NCBI GenBank assembly: GCA_938003925.1 | Contig: CALKWQ010000022.1 | Span: 26,278-90,277, forward strand | DNA from: an uncultured bacterium | GTDB lineage: Bacteria > Patescibacteriota > Patescibacteriia > Patescibacteriales > UBA12465 | DNA: 64,000 bases | Direction of reading: 5' to 3' | Shown: one piece after another, positions 9,132 to 18,246 of the stretch | Layout of the letters: each line of letters starts with the position of its first letter | Numbering within the stretch: position 1 is the first letter of the stretch | Notes under the pieces: generated by a model | What the model saw: the letters and a program-made list of their open reading frames with translations, nothing else | Told to the model about the DNA's origin: nothing | Databases searched by the model: none | Position numbers and translations under genes: made by a program

Positions 9132-9266
9132 GTGCTTAGTTTCTTAATACTACTATTTCTACTCGGGTTATTTTATCCCCGTCTTAGAAAACGCTTCCGT
9201 AACTTGCTAACAAGGCTAAAAATCAAGCTTAAGTCCTGGCGAGCACAAAAAAAATCCGCACTTTAG
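9132..9266 (+). CDS. candidate small membrane protein (44 aa, GTG start)
   Basis: Below the ORF-track size cutoff. AAGGAGG lies 6 nt upstream of the GTG. Hand translation MLSFLILLFLLGLFYPRLRKRFRNLLTRLKIKLKSWRAQKKSAL is one TM helix plus a highly basic tail. It ends inside the terminator hairpin. Confidence 0.4.
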   Translation: MLSFLILLFLLGLFYPRLRKRFRNLLTRLKIKLKSWRAQKKSAL

Positions 9267-9283
9267 CTAGTGGCGGATTTTTT
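9254..9283. terminator. bidirectional terminator between recR/small ORF and rplU
   Basis: ATCCGC-13 nt-GCGGAT flanked by an A-run (upstream) and a T-run (downstream). Confidence 0.55.
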
Positions 9284-9309
9284 CTTGATTGATTAAAAAC
9301 GAATAGACA

Positions 9310-9624
9310 TTAGGCGATACTCACAATCTTTACAGAGGTCTTCAATTGACGATGGCCAACTGTTTTCTTGTAGCGGGTTTTGCTCTTATATTTAACAACC
9401 ATCACCTTATCTTGCTGGGCGGTATTAATAACTTCCGCGGTTACTTTCTCACCCAAAGAAGGTGTGCCAATTTCTACCGCACTACCATCACTTTCCGCCA
9501 CTAACAAAGTGTCAAAGTTAACCTTTGCCCCAGCTGCCAATTCCAGTTTTTCCACTTTAATGGTTTCGCCTTCCTTGACCTTATATTGTTTGCCGCCGGT
9601 GGCAATCACTGCAATCTTAGCCAT
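9310..9624 (-). CDS. rplU: 50S ribosomal protein L21
   Basis: 104 aa. MAKIAVIATGGKQYKVKEGETIKVEKL is the canonical L21 N-terminus. Confidence 0.95.
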   Translation of the reverse strand: MAKIAVIATGGKQYKVKEGETIKVEKLELAAGAKVNFDTLLVAESDGSAVEIGTPSLGEKVTAEVINTAQQDKVMVVKYKSKTRYKKTVGHRQLKTSVKIVSIA

Positions 9625-9759
9625 ACGTTTAATATTAGCAAAATTATTAGAAAAAATCAGGCTTGCGCCGATTTACTCTTCAATATTATCAAATATTTGA
9701 AAAATGTCAATAAATAGGATAAGATGAAGTTAATTATAAAAGCCTAATTATTCCCTCTT

Positions 9760-11025
9760 ATGCCTAAATTCATCATTAATGGCGGGCAACCGCTCAGCGG
9801 TAAGATTAGCGTTAGTGGCGCTAAAAACTCGGCCTTAAAAATTATCCCTGCTGCCATCTTATCTAAACAAGAATTAACGATTAAAAACCTGCCTGATATT
9901 GAAGATGTGGAAAGATCTTTGGAGGTTCTTAGGGATTTAGGCGCTACCGCCACCAGAAATGGCAGTACGGCCGTAGTGAGCACTGCTGGACTTAAAACCA
10001 CAGAATTAAACGCTAAAATGGCGGATAAATTCCGCGGCTCTATTATGTTCGTCGGTCCGATGCTTGCCCGCTTCGGTGAGGTTAAATTCCCTCATCCCGG
10101 CGGTTGCGTAATTGGAGCTGGCGGCCGACCCATTGACCTCTTTTTAGAGGGTTACCGTGCTTTTGGCGCTGACATCAACGAAGATTCTGGTAAATTTTAT
10201 CACATCAAGGCTGAACAATTACATCCAGCTGATTATTTTTTTCCGCTCGTTAGTGTTACCGCCACTGAAAGCATGATGATGACCGCTGCCATTATTCCCG
10301 GCACCACGACTTTAAAAAATTGTGCCATGGAACCAGAAATATCTGCTTTAGCTGATTATCTCAACCAACAAGGAGCTCAAATTGTCGGGGCTGGCACTCC
10401 CACAATGACTATAGTGGGTCAACCGGAACTCGGCGCGGGTGAATTTACAGTGATCCCTGACCGTATCGAAACCGGCTCTTTCGTTATTTTGGCAGCCGCT
10501 GCCAAAGCTGAACTGGAAATTACCAATTGCAACCCAGAACACATCATGACCCTGCTACAAATCATGAAAAAAATCGGCGTCCAATTTAGCACTGGTCCCG
10601 ATTGGATTAAAATTGAAAAAAATACCGGAACACTTCTGGCTCACGATATCAAAACACATGAATATCCTGGCTTCGCCACCGACCTGCAATCACCCTATGT
10701 TGTATTAATGACTCAGGCACAAGGCACCTCCTTAATCCATGAAACGATTTATGATCGGCGACTGCTATGGACAGATATGCTGTCGCAAATGGGTGCTAAT
10801 ATCACTATGTGCGATCCCCATCGGATCGTAGTACAAGGCCCTAGTCGTCTCTACGGTAAACGCTTAATGAGTCCTGACTTGAGAGCTGGTATTGCCCTGG
10901 TCATTGCCGCCTTAATTGCTGAGGGCAAGACGGAAATAGACAACATCTATCAAATAGACCGCGGTTACGAAAAACTGGAAGAACGTCTGCGTGGCTTAGG
11001 CGCTGACATCCAAAGAGTTGAATAA
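9760..11025 (+). CDS. murA: UDP-N-acetylglucosamine 1-carboxyvinyltransferase MurA
   Basis: 421 aa. N-terminal GGQPLSGKISVSGAKNSALKIIPAAIL and an active-site loop with Cys (HPGGCVIGAGGRPIDL). Confidence 0.95.
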   Translation: MPKFIINGGQPLSGKISVSGAKNSALKIIPAAILSKQELTIKNLPDIEDVERSLEVLRDLGATATRNGSTAVVSTAGLKTTELNAKMADKFRGSIMFVGPMLARFGEVKFPHPGGCVIGAGGRPIDLFLEGYRAFGADINEDSGKFYHIKAEQLHPADYFFPLVSVTATESMMMTAAIIPGTTTLKNCAMEPEISALADYLNQQGAQIVGAGTPTMTIVGQPELGAGEFTVIPDRIETGSFVILAAAAKAELEITNCNPEHIMTLLQIMKKIGVQFSTGPDWIKIEKNTGTLLAHDIKTHEYPGFATDLQSPYVVLMTQAQGTSLIHETIYDRRLLWTDMLSQMGANITMCDPHRIVVQGPSRLYGKRLMSPDLRAGIALVIAALIAEGKTEIDNIYQIDRGYEKLEERLRGLGADIQRVE

Positions 11026-11034
11026 TAAAAATTT

Positions 11035-12369
11035 ATGTCTAAAAAATTCCGGGACTGGCTGTTTATTGCTTTCATAGCCTTGTTTATCATTACGACTTTT
11101 TTTGTATCTTTATATGCTGCCGGCTACACCCTAAACCGCCAATGGCCGCCTCGTTTCAATCAACTATTCCAAAAAACTGGCATGCTTGTTCTAGACAGCG
11201 AGCCCAGTGGTGCTGATATCTTCATTAACGATATAGAACAACGCCGTCCGGTTTTATTGGATCTAGGAAGAGACAACATCACTACCCCTACTAAAATTAA
11301 GAACTTGCCGCCAGGTGAATATAATCTGCGCCTAGAGAAAGATGGCTACTGGCCCTTGGAAAAAAAAATATATATTAATTCGGGACAAAGTACTTTTGCG
11401 GAAGATTTTATTCTGTTCAAAAAATCCTTACCTTTAAATTTAACCATCTGTGCCCCGCAAGCTGTATCTTTAAGCCCGGACAAGAAAAACTTGATACTGC
11501 CCAACGATGGCCTGGTGATTAACTTAAAAACAGAGATCTCTAGCAACCTAAAAAAGATTGCTAGCACCACATCAGTGCAGTGGTCAAAAAATAGCGACCA
11601 AATTCTGTGGGGCAATGATTTGATTAATCTTAGCGGTGAAAAGAGCGGCTATAACCTGAAGGCATTAGGGCAAGAAGCCCAAAACTTTTTCTGGGATGAG
11701 AATAATAAAAAGATATATTATCAATCTGGTGGCAATATTAGTTGTGTCTTAACAGACAAAAATACAATAAGCACCATACTCAGCGGTAGCGATTATGTTG
11801 CCTACACCGTGAGAGACGATTTAATTTATACCGTGGAAAAACAAAACCATCAAAACTACTTGCGCGTCTATGATGCCAGCAGTGCTATTTTAAAATCAAG
11901 CAGCGATTTACCTAACGGCGAATACCAATTTCACCAAGACGAATACAGTCTTAATCTATATGATAAGAAACAGCACGCGCTCTATCTAATTAACGCTAGC
12001 TCGCCGCAACCAATAGTTAGACAGGTGCGTCCCGTAGTTTCTTGGCAATGGCTAAGCAATAACTTCTTAGTATGGCACAACGAATTTGAAATCTATTCAC
12101 TGGATATCGACAATAACCGTCAAGAATTGTTAATCCGTGTCAGCGAACCAATTACTGGCATTGCCTGGAGTCGTGCCAATAATTACCTCATTTATGCCAG
12201 CAGCCAGCAAATTCAAATAGTTAATCTCGGTTTAGATAAACGCACGCCTATTGCCTTACTGAAAGCTGAGCAAATCACCAGCATTTTCCTAGACGAGAAA
12301 AACCAGCTGCTCTATTTCTACGCTCAAATTGGTCAGCAAGCAGGTATCTATAAATTGCAATTGCAATAA
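11035..12369 (+). CDS. PEGA domain-containing membrane-anchored protein
   Basis: 444 aa. An N-terminal TM helix, then the PEGA-like segment LVLDSEPSGADIFINDIEQ...LPPGEYNLRLEKDGYWPLEKKIYINSG, then a long beta-rich C-terminal region. Confidence 0.7.
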   Translation: MSKKFRDWLFIAFIALFIITTFFVSLYAAGYTLNRQWPPRFNQLFQKTGMLVLDSEPSGADIFINDIEQRRPVLLDLGRDNITTPTKIKNLPPGEYNLRLEKDGYWPLEKKIYINSGQSTFAEDFILFKKSLPLNLTICAPQAVSLSPDKKNLILPNDGLVINLKTEISSNLKKIASTTSVQWSKNSDQILWGNDLINLSGEKSGYNLKALGQEAQNFFWDENNKKIYYQSGGNISCVLTDKNTISTILSGSDYVAYTVRDDLIYTVEKQNHQNYLRVYDASSAILKSSSDLPNGEYQFHQDEYSLNLYDKKQHALYLINASSPQPIVRQVRPVVSWQWLSNNFLVWHNEFEIYSLDIDNNRQELLIRVSEPITGIAWSRANNYLIYASSQQIQIVNLGLDKRTPIALLKAEQITSIFLDEKNQLLYFYAQIGQQAGIYKLQLQ

Positions 12370-12380
12370 AAATCAACACA

Positions 12381-12410
12381 AAAACCGCCCCTCTAAAGGA
12401 GCGGTTTTTT
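12381..12410 (+). terminator. rho-independent terminator
   Basis: AAAACCGCCCCT-ctaa-AGGAGCGGTTTTTT (one mismatch) between convergent genes. Confidence 0.6.
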
Positions 12411-12433
12411 GTTTAGTCTTACAAATAATCAGA

Positions 12434-13312
12434 TTATAGACCCTGAGCAGTTTGACGAATAAAATTTTGTAAATCTTCTCCAATTTCTGCATCCTTCATA
12501 CCTAACTTAATGGTTGCTTTAATAAAATTAAATTTATTGCCCGTGTCCAGCCATTCTCCGTTCAACTTCTTGCCGTACAAAGGACGACCGGCACTAAGCA
12601 TTAAATCAAAAGCGTCAGCTAAACGAATCTCTCCTGACTTACCAGCCTCCATGGCATTTAGGGTGGTAATAACTTCTGGAGTGATAACGTAAATACCGAC
12701 GGCCGCCAGATTAGAAGGGGCTTCGCCCACTGCTGGTTTCTCCACAAATTTCTTGATTTCAAAGATGTCTTCGCCCAAATCAAGGCCGTCAATCACGCCA
12801 AATTTATTAACCTCACTTGGATCAACTTCAGACAGGCCCACTACAGGGTCGCCATATTTTTCAAACACTTCTATAGCTTGGCGGGCGGGCGAGACCTGGG
12901 AATCATATAAAGTATCACCAAACATTACTAAAACTGGCTCGTCATCACGAACCAAATGGGCGGCACATTTTAAAGCGTGGCCATCACCTAAAGGAATTGG
13001 TTGTCTCACATAAGAAAACTTGGCTAGATTTTCAATTGCCTGCACCTTTTTAACCAAATCTAATTTATTCTTCTCCACTAGAGTTTTGGACAATTCAAAA
13101 GAATAATCAAAATGATCCTCAATCGCCCGCTTACCGCGTCCGGTAACAAAAATGATTTCCTCGATACCGGCAGCAACTGCGTCTTCCACTAAATACTGGA
13201 TTACCGGCTTATCCACTACCGGCAACATTTCCTTGGGCTGAGCTTTAGTGGCTGGTAAAAAACGGGTACCAAAACCAGCTACTGGAAAGATTGCTTTTTT
13301 AATTTTTTGCAT
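12434..13312 (-). CDS. galU: UTP--glucose-1-phosphate uridylyltransferase GalU
   Basis: Start moved to MQKIKKAIFPVAGFGTRFLPATKAQPKEMLPVVDKPVIQY (13312), the canonical GalU N-terminus. The track extension would overlap the upstream gene. Confidence 0.9.
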   Translation of the reverse strand: MQKIKKAIFPVAGFGTRFLPATKAQPKEMLPVVDKPVIQYLVEDAVAAGIEEIIFVTGRGKRAIEDHFDYSFELSKTLVEKNKLDLVKKVQAIENLAKFSYVRQPIPLGDGHALKCAAHLVRDDEPVLVMFGDTLYDSQVSPARQAIEVFEKYGDPVVGLSEVDPSEVNKFGVIDGLDLGEDIFEIKKFVEKPAVGEAPSNLAAVGIYVITPEVITTLNAMEAGKSGEIRLADAFDLMLSAGRPLYGKKLNGEWLDTGNKFNFIKATIKLGMKDAEIGEDLQNFIRQTAQGL

Positions 13313-13335
13313 ATAATTAGGAACGGGTCCAGCAA

Positions 13336-14124
13336 CTAACGCCAGCCCCACTTTTTAAAATATTTCCACCAAGATTGTAAATGAATTCGCGCTAAACGAT
13401 CACTGAAAATAGCTTGATACCAAGGCAAACGAGCGCTATCCCGCATATGATCATGGGTAACCTGGGCCACGGGATGATAGATAACCTTCTTGCCGAGTTG
13501 CTGGGCTCGACGACACAAGTCAACATCTTCAAAATACATAAAAAAACGTTCATCAAACAAATTACCAAACTGAAAAAGCTCATCGCGACGTACTAGAAAA
13601 CAAGCTCCCAAAATCCAATCTACTGCTCTGCTGGCCCGGTGGTCTTCATGTCGCATTAGATAGCGATCTACTAAAGCTGGCAAATACCTACCTAAAGATG
13701 TCCGACGTAAAACTGGCAAGAAAATACTAGGAAAGCGGGCACAAGAATATTGCAAACTGCCGTCTGGATTTAACAATTGTGGGGCCACCACTGCCGCCTC
13801 GGGATGAGCTTGCAAATAAATGTATAATTCCTTGATACTGGATGGACTAAAAACTAAATCTGGGTTAGCAATTAAAATAAACTTACCTCGACTATGTTTA
13901 ATACCGAGGTTGTTGCCGCCACCCATACCTAAATTACGCTCGCTAATTAATAAGCGTACCTTGGGATAAGCGGCAAGCAAACTTTCAAGCTGGTCGCCGG
14001 AATTATTTTCCACGACAATGATTTCATGATCAATATCATCAAAATCAACCTTCTGTAAAGAAAGCAGACAGTTTGCTAGCTTCGTTTGACTTTTATAATT
14101 TACAATAATTATTGATAAGTCCAT
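13336..14124 (-). CDS. glycosyltransferase family 2
   Basis: 262 aa. N-terminal LSIIIVNYKSQ...VVENNSGD and a later DxD-like FEDVDL. Confidence 0.8.
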   Translation of the reverse strand: MDLSIIIVNYKSQTKLANCLLSLQKVDFDDIDHEIIVVENNSGDQLESLLAAYPKVRLLISERNLGMGGGNNLGIKHSRGKFILIANPDLVFSPSSIKELYIYLQAHPEAAVVAPQLLNPDGSLQYSCARFPSIFLPVLRRTSLGRYLPALVDRYLMRHEDHRASRAVDWILGACFLVRRDELFQFGNLFDERFFMYFEDVDLCRRAQQLGKKVIYHPVAQVTHDHMRDSARLPWYQAIFSDRLARIHLQSWWKYFKKWGWR

Positions 14125-14125
14125 A

Positions 14126-15184
14126 TTATTGTCTCAAGAGACTAATCAGTCGTCGCATTACTTGAAAATAAGCGTTAAAGAGTGGATTGGCTACATATTT
14201 CAATAAAGGGTGATCAATCTCCTGATACCAAATACGCCCAGAAAATAAAGGTAGTATTTTATAATCCGGTAAACGGCGCGATCGCTTAGCCGAACGTCTT
14301 GCTTCTAAAAGGTATAGCCAATGACGTGGCTGAAAGAAATAAGACCAAGCTCGGCGTTTTTCTTTAAACCAACCAGAACGCAGAGAAAAAAAGCTCATGC
14401 CGATTTCCATCGTAATTAAAGCTGGAAAAAATAACAGTAGAGATAAGGCGGAGTAATTTTTCCAAGCAGCTAACAAACGATTGCGCTCCATCCAGTAATA
14501 CTTACTAACCGATCGGCTGAATTCATATTTATGGTAAGCCACTGCACGATTAGCTATAAGACACTCCCAGCCGGCTAACCAAAAACGCCAACCCAAATCT
14601 TGATCTTCATTATACATCCAGAATTCTTCGTCAAATAAACCCACAACGCGCAAGGTCTCGGCGCGCAATAAAACACAGGCGCCCGAAGGATAAGCAATTT
14701 TTTTAACTTCCTTGCCGTCGTCAACAAAGGACTGGCGATAACCTTGGCAATAACCAAAGCCCAAAAAATGAGTAGCGTTGCCAAGACTGTTAACTAATTC
14801 TCGGTCCGGGTCCAGCATTAAACGTGCTTGAATAGCGCCAGCTTGAGGATATTTCTCCGCCATTGATACCAATTCTATTAAAGCATCTGGGGCCAAAGAG
14901 GCATCCATGTTGAGCAACAAGATATAATCATAGCCGGCAGTCAATAAATAGCGCAGAGCGTCGTTGTTACCCTTAGCAAAGCCGTCATTATTGGTGTTCA
15001 AGATTAATTTAGCTTCTGGAGCCTGAGCACGTAAAAAAGAAGCGGTTTCCTCGGTACTAGCATTATCAACGATTACTAACTCTGGTTGTAATCCTGGCTC
15101 CAAAGCACGAATAGACGACAAACAAGGAGCTAAAAATCGCTCCGCATAATCTTTATAATTTACCAGCACGATAGCTACCTTCAT
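14126..15184 (-). CDS. glycosyltransferase family 2
   Basis: 352 aa. VAIVLVNYKDY...VDNASTEE, NEDQDLGWR, and a C-terminal membrane-associated tail. Confidence 0.8.
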   Translation of the reverse strand: MKVAIVLVNYKDYAERFLAPCLSSIRALEPGLQPELVIVDNASTEETASFLRAQAPEAKLILNTNNDGFAKGNNDALRYLLTAGYDYILLLNMDASLAPDALIELVSMAEKYPQAGAIQARLMLDPDRELVNSLGNATHFLGFGYCQGYRQSFVDDGKEVKKIAYPSGACVLLRAETLRVVGLFDEEFWMYNEDQDLGWRFWLAGWECLIANRAVAYHKYEFSRSVSKYYWMERNRLLAAWKNYSALSLLLFFPALITMEIGMSFFSLRSGWFKEKRRAWSYFFQPRHWLYLLEARRSAKRSRRLPDYKILPLFSGRIWYQEIDHPLLKYVANPLFNAYFQVMRRLISLLRQ

Positions 15185-15187
15185 ATC

Positions 15188-16033
15188 TCAAGCAAATATC
15201 TTAGCTAATAATCGTCCTAAAGGCCAAAAAGAGCGTAAGATTACATAATGCCAACGCGGCTGCCATTTTTGAAAATAAGCAAGCATAGAGTCTTGAAAGT
15301 AACGCTGCTTTGCCGGTACTTTCACCTGTCCAAAACTCTGTCCAACATAATCAACACATTTAACTGTGGGCGTATACCAGACTTCCCCGCCATTTTCATA
15401 CACCTGGCGACAAAAGTCAACTTCTTCAAACCAGATAAAATAACGTTCATCTAAAAAAGGTTTTTCAGCTCCAGTCAACTCTCGCCAAGCACTACGATTA
15501 ATCATAAAGAAAGCCCCACGGATAGAGTCAACTAGCGCTGCTTGATTATAGTTAAAATTGACCTGCAGATAATCGTCCAGTATATGCGGTAAGAGGTGGG
15601 GTAGCTTCAAAACTACGGCCAATTGATCACGTAGGCGCGGAAAACGCCTAACGTGGGGTAAAAGGTCGCCGGTATCAGTTATTAGGCGACAACCAGAGAC
15701 TACTGCTTGCGGGTGCGTCTGCGCCCACGACAACATACCACTAATCGTCTCCGGGAAAACTTTCATATCAGGATTAAGCAGGAGAATATAATCACCACTC
15801 GCTCTACGTAAGGCTTGATTATTAGCCTTAGCAAAGCCAGCATTGTGCCTATTAGCAATCAACTGTACTTGTGGAAACTCCATTTTCAACATCTCTATCG
15901 TACCATCTTGAGAATTGTTATCTACTACCCACACTTCAGCATCAATATTAGCTAAAGAGGGCAAGAGGGCGGCTAAATTGGCCCTCAGCTTGTCTTTTAC
16001 CTTCCAAGAAACAATGATGATAGAAACATCCAT
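15188..16033 (-). CDS. glycosyltransferase family 2
   Basis: 281 aa. VSIIIVSWKVKD...VDNNSQDGT and FEEVDFC. Confidence 0.8.
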   Translation of the reverse strand: MDVSIIIVSWKVKDKLRANLAALLPSLANIDAEVWVVDNNSQDGTIEMLKMEFPQVQLIANRHNAGFAKANNQALRRASGDYILLLNPDMKVFPETISGMLSWAQTHPQAVVSGCRLITDTGDLLPHVRRFPRLRDQLAVVLKLPHLLPHILDDYLQVNFNYNQAALVDSIRGAFFMINRSAWRELTGAEKPFLDERYFIWFEEVDFCRQVYENGGEVWYTPTVKCVDYVGQSFGQVKVPAKQRYFQDSMLAYFQKWQPRWHYVILRSFWPLGRLLAKIFA

Positions 16034-16047
16034 AAATAAGAATGACT

Positions 16048-16320
16048 TTATTTGCTTTTCACTTTGATGCGCTTTAAACGCGCGCCACCACCAGCAGTAA
16101 TTTCTACTAATTTACGACTAACTCCAAAGGCGGTAGCAATAAAGTTAATAACCTCAGCGTTGGCCTGACCTCTCTCTGGAGCTGCCTTAACCTTCAGCCG
16201 CCTAGTACCATCAGCCAGAGACTCCTGCCAAGCCGTCTGATCAGCCCCAGGAGAAACTTTGATGTGAAAAGAAATTTTACCGCGCTCACGCAAGTTCGCC
16301 TGGAGTTCTGCAATATCCAT
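16048..16320 (-). CDS. DUF167 (YggU-like) family protein
   Basis: 90 aa. IKVSPGADQTAW...LKVKAAPERGQANAEVINFIATAFGVSRKLVEITAGGGARLKRIKV matches the remembered YggU pattern. Confidence 0.7.
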   Translation of the reverse strand: MDIAELQANLRERGKISFHIKVSPGADQTAWQESLADGTRRLKVKAAPERGQANAEVINFIATAFGVSRKLVEITAGGGARLKRIKVKSK

Positions 16321-16323
16321 AAA

Positions 16324-17562
16324 TTATTGTTTAAAAATCAAAGCATTTGGCACCTTTCGGCCAGGACCGACCATGTATTCACCGTTGTAGATCAAAGCCG
16401 AAGAAGAACCACCATCTAAATTTAAGGCGTAATCCATGCCCATAGCTTTCATAATAACGGCTAAATCATCCACCGTCGCCTGACGAGCAATGACAATAAA
16501 CAATTCGCCATATCCCGGTCTGGTAGCAGATTCGCGATAACCGATAGCGTTGCGCCAATATTTTCCGGTCTTCTGTCCTTTATCTAACTCCCATTCAATC
16601 AAGACATTCATTTTATCCTCTACTAACCTAGGCTTATTTCCCAAAGCTGCTTGTAATTTTACTCCATAATTATGCTCAAAATCAGCCGGACTTTGAAAAT
16701 CACGAGCATCCTTAAAATAATAAAAGCGATTACTGGTATCAAAAGCAATCAAAGGGCCGGTGGTCCAATATTTAAGCTGGTCTTGATTGACCATGATGCC
16801 GGTCAGAGTATCATAAACTGGGAAAAAATAATAATTGGCTTGACCACAACCAGATGAAGAACAAAAATAACTACCGTTCACACCAGCAAAACCATCTTGA
16901 GCAAATACGTAGTCGGCTAAGCTTTTAGCAGCACAACTGCCGCTACTACAAACCGCCGAGTCGGCAGCGGCGCTAATAATTTGCAATTGAGGATTTTTTA
17001 AATCAATCTTTAAAACATCCACTTTAAATTCTCCCCGCTCCGTCGTCACACTAGTTAACTCATAACTACTATAAGCATTTAGACTCTCGCTTAAACCAGG
17101 CTTATGAATTAAAGCCAAATCACTGCGAGTAATACCAAGACCTAATTCCCGCATCACCTTAAAAGCGTCCTCGGGGCGACCCAAATAATATTTTTTTAAA
17201 TCGCTAGGATTAACATACCAGGCCTCACCATTCTTCTCTACTTGCAAAATAATACGTCCGGCCAAACGGACCGACAACTCTTCATTGCCGGAAATAGGCA
17301 TACCAGCTTGAGCGATTTCTTGAAACTGCAACTCATTGATACCCAAACCCAATTCCCGCATCACTTTAAAAGCATCGGCCGGGCGACCTAAAAAATAACG
17401 ACGCTGATCTACTGGATTAATATACCAGGCTTCACCGTGTTCTTCCACACTTAAAACAATACGACCAGCCAGCTTGTCAGCTAAAGACGCTGCCCGGCTA
17501 GCAGTTGGCCAACAGATTAAAGCTACAACACCAGCTACCAATAAATATTGCCAATATTTCAT
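16324..17562 (-). CDS. secreted phosphodiester glycosidase (NAGPA/DUF2233-like) protein with duplicated N-terminal module
   Basis: Start moved to MKYWQYLLVAG (signal or TM anchor). The C-terminal NLDGGSSSALIYNGEYMVGPGRKVPNALIF is typical of the family. Confidence 0.6.
   Translation of the reverse strand: MKYWQYLLVAGVVALICWPTASRAASLADKLAGRIVLSVEEHGEAWYINPVDQRRYFLGRPADAFKVMRELGLGINELQFQEIAQAGMPISGNEELSVRLAGRIILQVEKNGEAWYVNPSDLKKYYLGRPEDAFKVMRELGLGITRSDLALIHKPGLSESLNAYSSYELTSVTTERGEFKVDVLKIDLKNPQLQIISAAADSAVCSSGSCAAKSLADYVFAQDGFAGVNGSYFCSSSGCGQANYYFFPVYDTLTGIMVNQDQLKYWTTGPLIAFDTSNRFYYFKDARDFQSPADFEHNYGVKLQAALGNKPRLVEDKMNVLIEWELDKGQKTGKYWRNAIGYRESATRPGYGELFIVIARQATVDDLAVIMKAMGMDYALNLDGGSSSALIYNGEYMVGPGRKVPNALIFKQ
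17107..17472 (-). repeat. intragenic tandem duplication (two ~53 aa modules, 69 aa period)
   Basis: LAGRIVLSVEEHGEAWYINPVDQRRYFLGRPADAFKVMRELGLGINELQFQEI (17314-17472) aligns with LAGRIILQVEKNGEAWYVNPSDLKKYYLGRPEDAFKVMRELGLGITRSDLALI (17107-17265). Confidence 0.85.
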
Positions 17563-17738
17563 AAAAATAATGTAAAAAATAGCCGCCAACTGATTAGAAA
17601 ACTTATCCTTAGTGTAGCTTTTTTTTGATAAAAAATCAACGCAAATAAGATTAAAGCTATCTTGTCAATATTTAATAAATTTCACTTCTATACTACAATT
17701 AAGAAGGCAGACAAAATCCATGCCGCAACAATAAACAT

Positions 17739-18236
17739 ATGAGCGAAACAACTCCTTACATCCGCCCCACCTGGGACGAATATTTTATGAACATCGTGGA
17801 GATGGTTGGGTCTCGCGGTAGTTGTGATCGTGGCAGAGCTGGTTGCATTATTACCCGCGACCGCCGCATCATCTCTACCGGCTACGTCGGCTCTCCAGTT
17901 GGCCTGCCTCACTGCGACGAAGTCGGTCACGAGATGCACACCGTCACCCATCCTGACGGCAGCAGCAGCCGTCATTGTATCCGCACTACTCACGCCGAGC
18001 AAAATGCTATCTGTGAAGCTGCGCGCATGGGCATCGCCATTGGTGGTGGAACTCTGTATTGCAAAATGACCCCGTGCTACACATGCGCTAAAATGATTAT
18101 TAATGCCGGCATCAAACGCGTAGTTTGCGCCCAAGACTACCACGCCAGTGCTCGCAGCAAGGAAATTTTCGCTGAAGCCGGTCTAGAGTTGACCCTGTTG
18201 TCCGAAGAAATGACCACTTATAAAGACATGAAATAA
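17739..18236 (+). CDS. deoxycytidylate (dCMP) deaminase, ComEB-like
   Basis: 165 aa. Zinc motifs HAEQNAI and PCYTCAKMIINAGIKRVV, with an N-terminal WDEYFM. Confidence 0.9.
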   Translation: MSETTPYIRPTWDEYFMNIVEMVGSRGSCDRGRAGCIITRDRRIISTGYVGSPVGLPHCDEVGHEMHTVTHPDGSSSRHCIRTTHAEQNAICEAARMGIAIGGGTLYCKMTPCYTCAKMIINAGIKRVVCAQDYHASARSKEIFAEAGLELTLLSEEMTTYKDMK

Positions 18237-18246
18237 GCTAATCTAT

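Noticed and set aside
9310-9624. rplU stands alone, without the usual downstream rpmA (L27).
   Set aside because: Operon fragmentation of ribosomal protein genes is common in reduced genomes. rpmA absence cannot be judged from one window.
9689-9700. 12 bp AT-only palindrome TCAAATATTTGA upstream of murA and rplU.
   Set aside because: Perfect AT-only palindromes of this size are common by chance in AT-rich intergenic DNA, and there is no second copy or associated regulator.
17688-18143. 151 aa minus-strand ORF and 87 aa plus-strand ORF (17806-18069) overlapping the dCMP deaminase gene.
   Set aside because: They are by-products of the local GC-rich composition, which leaves few stop codons in any frame. 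The deaminase frame carries the HAE/PCxxC zinc motifs, and the others carry nothing recognisable.
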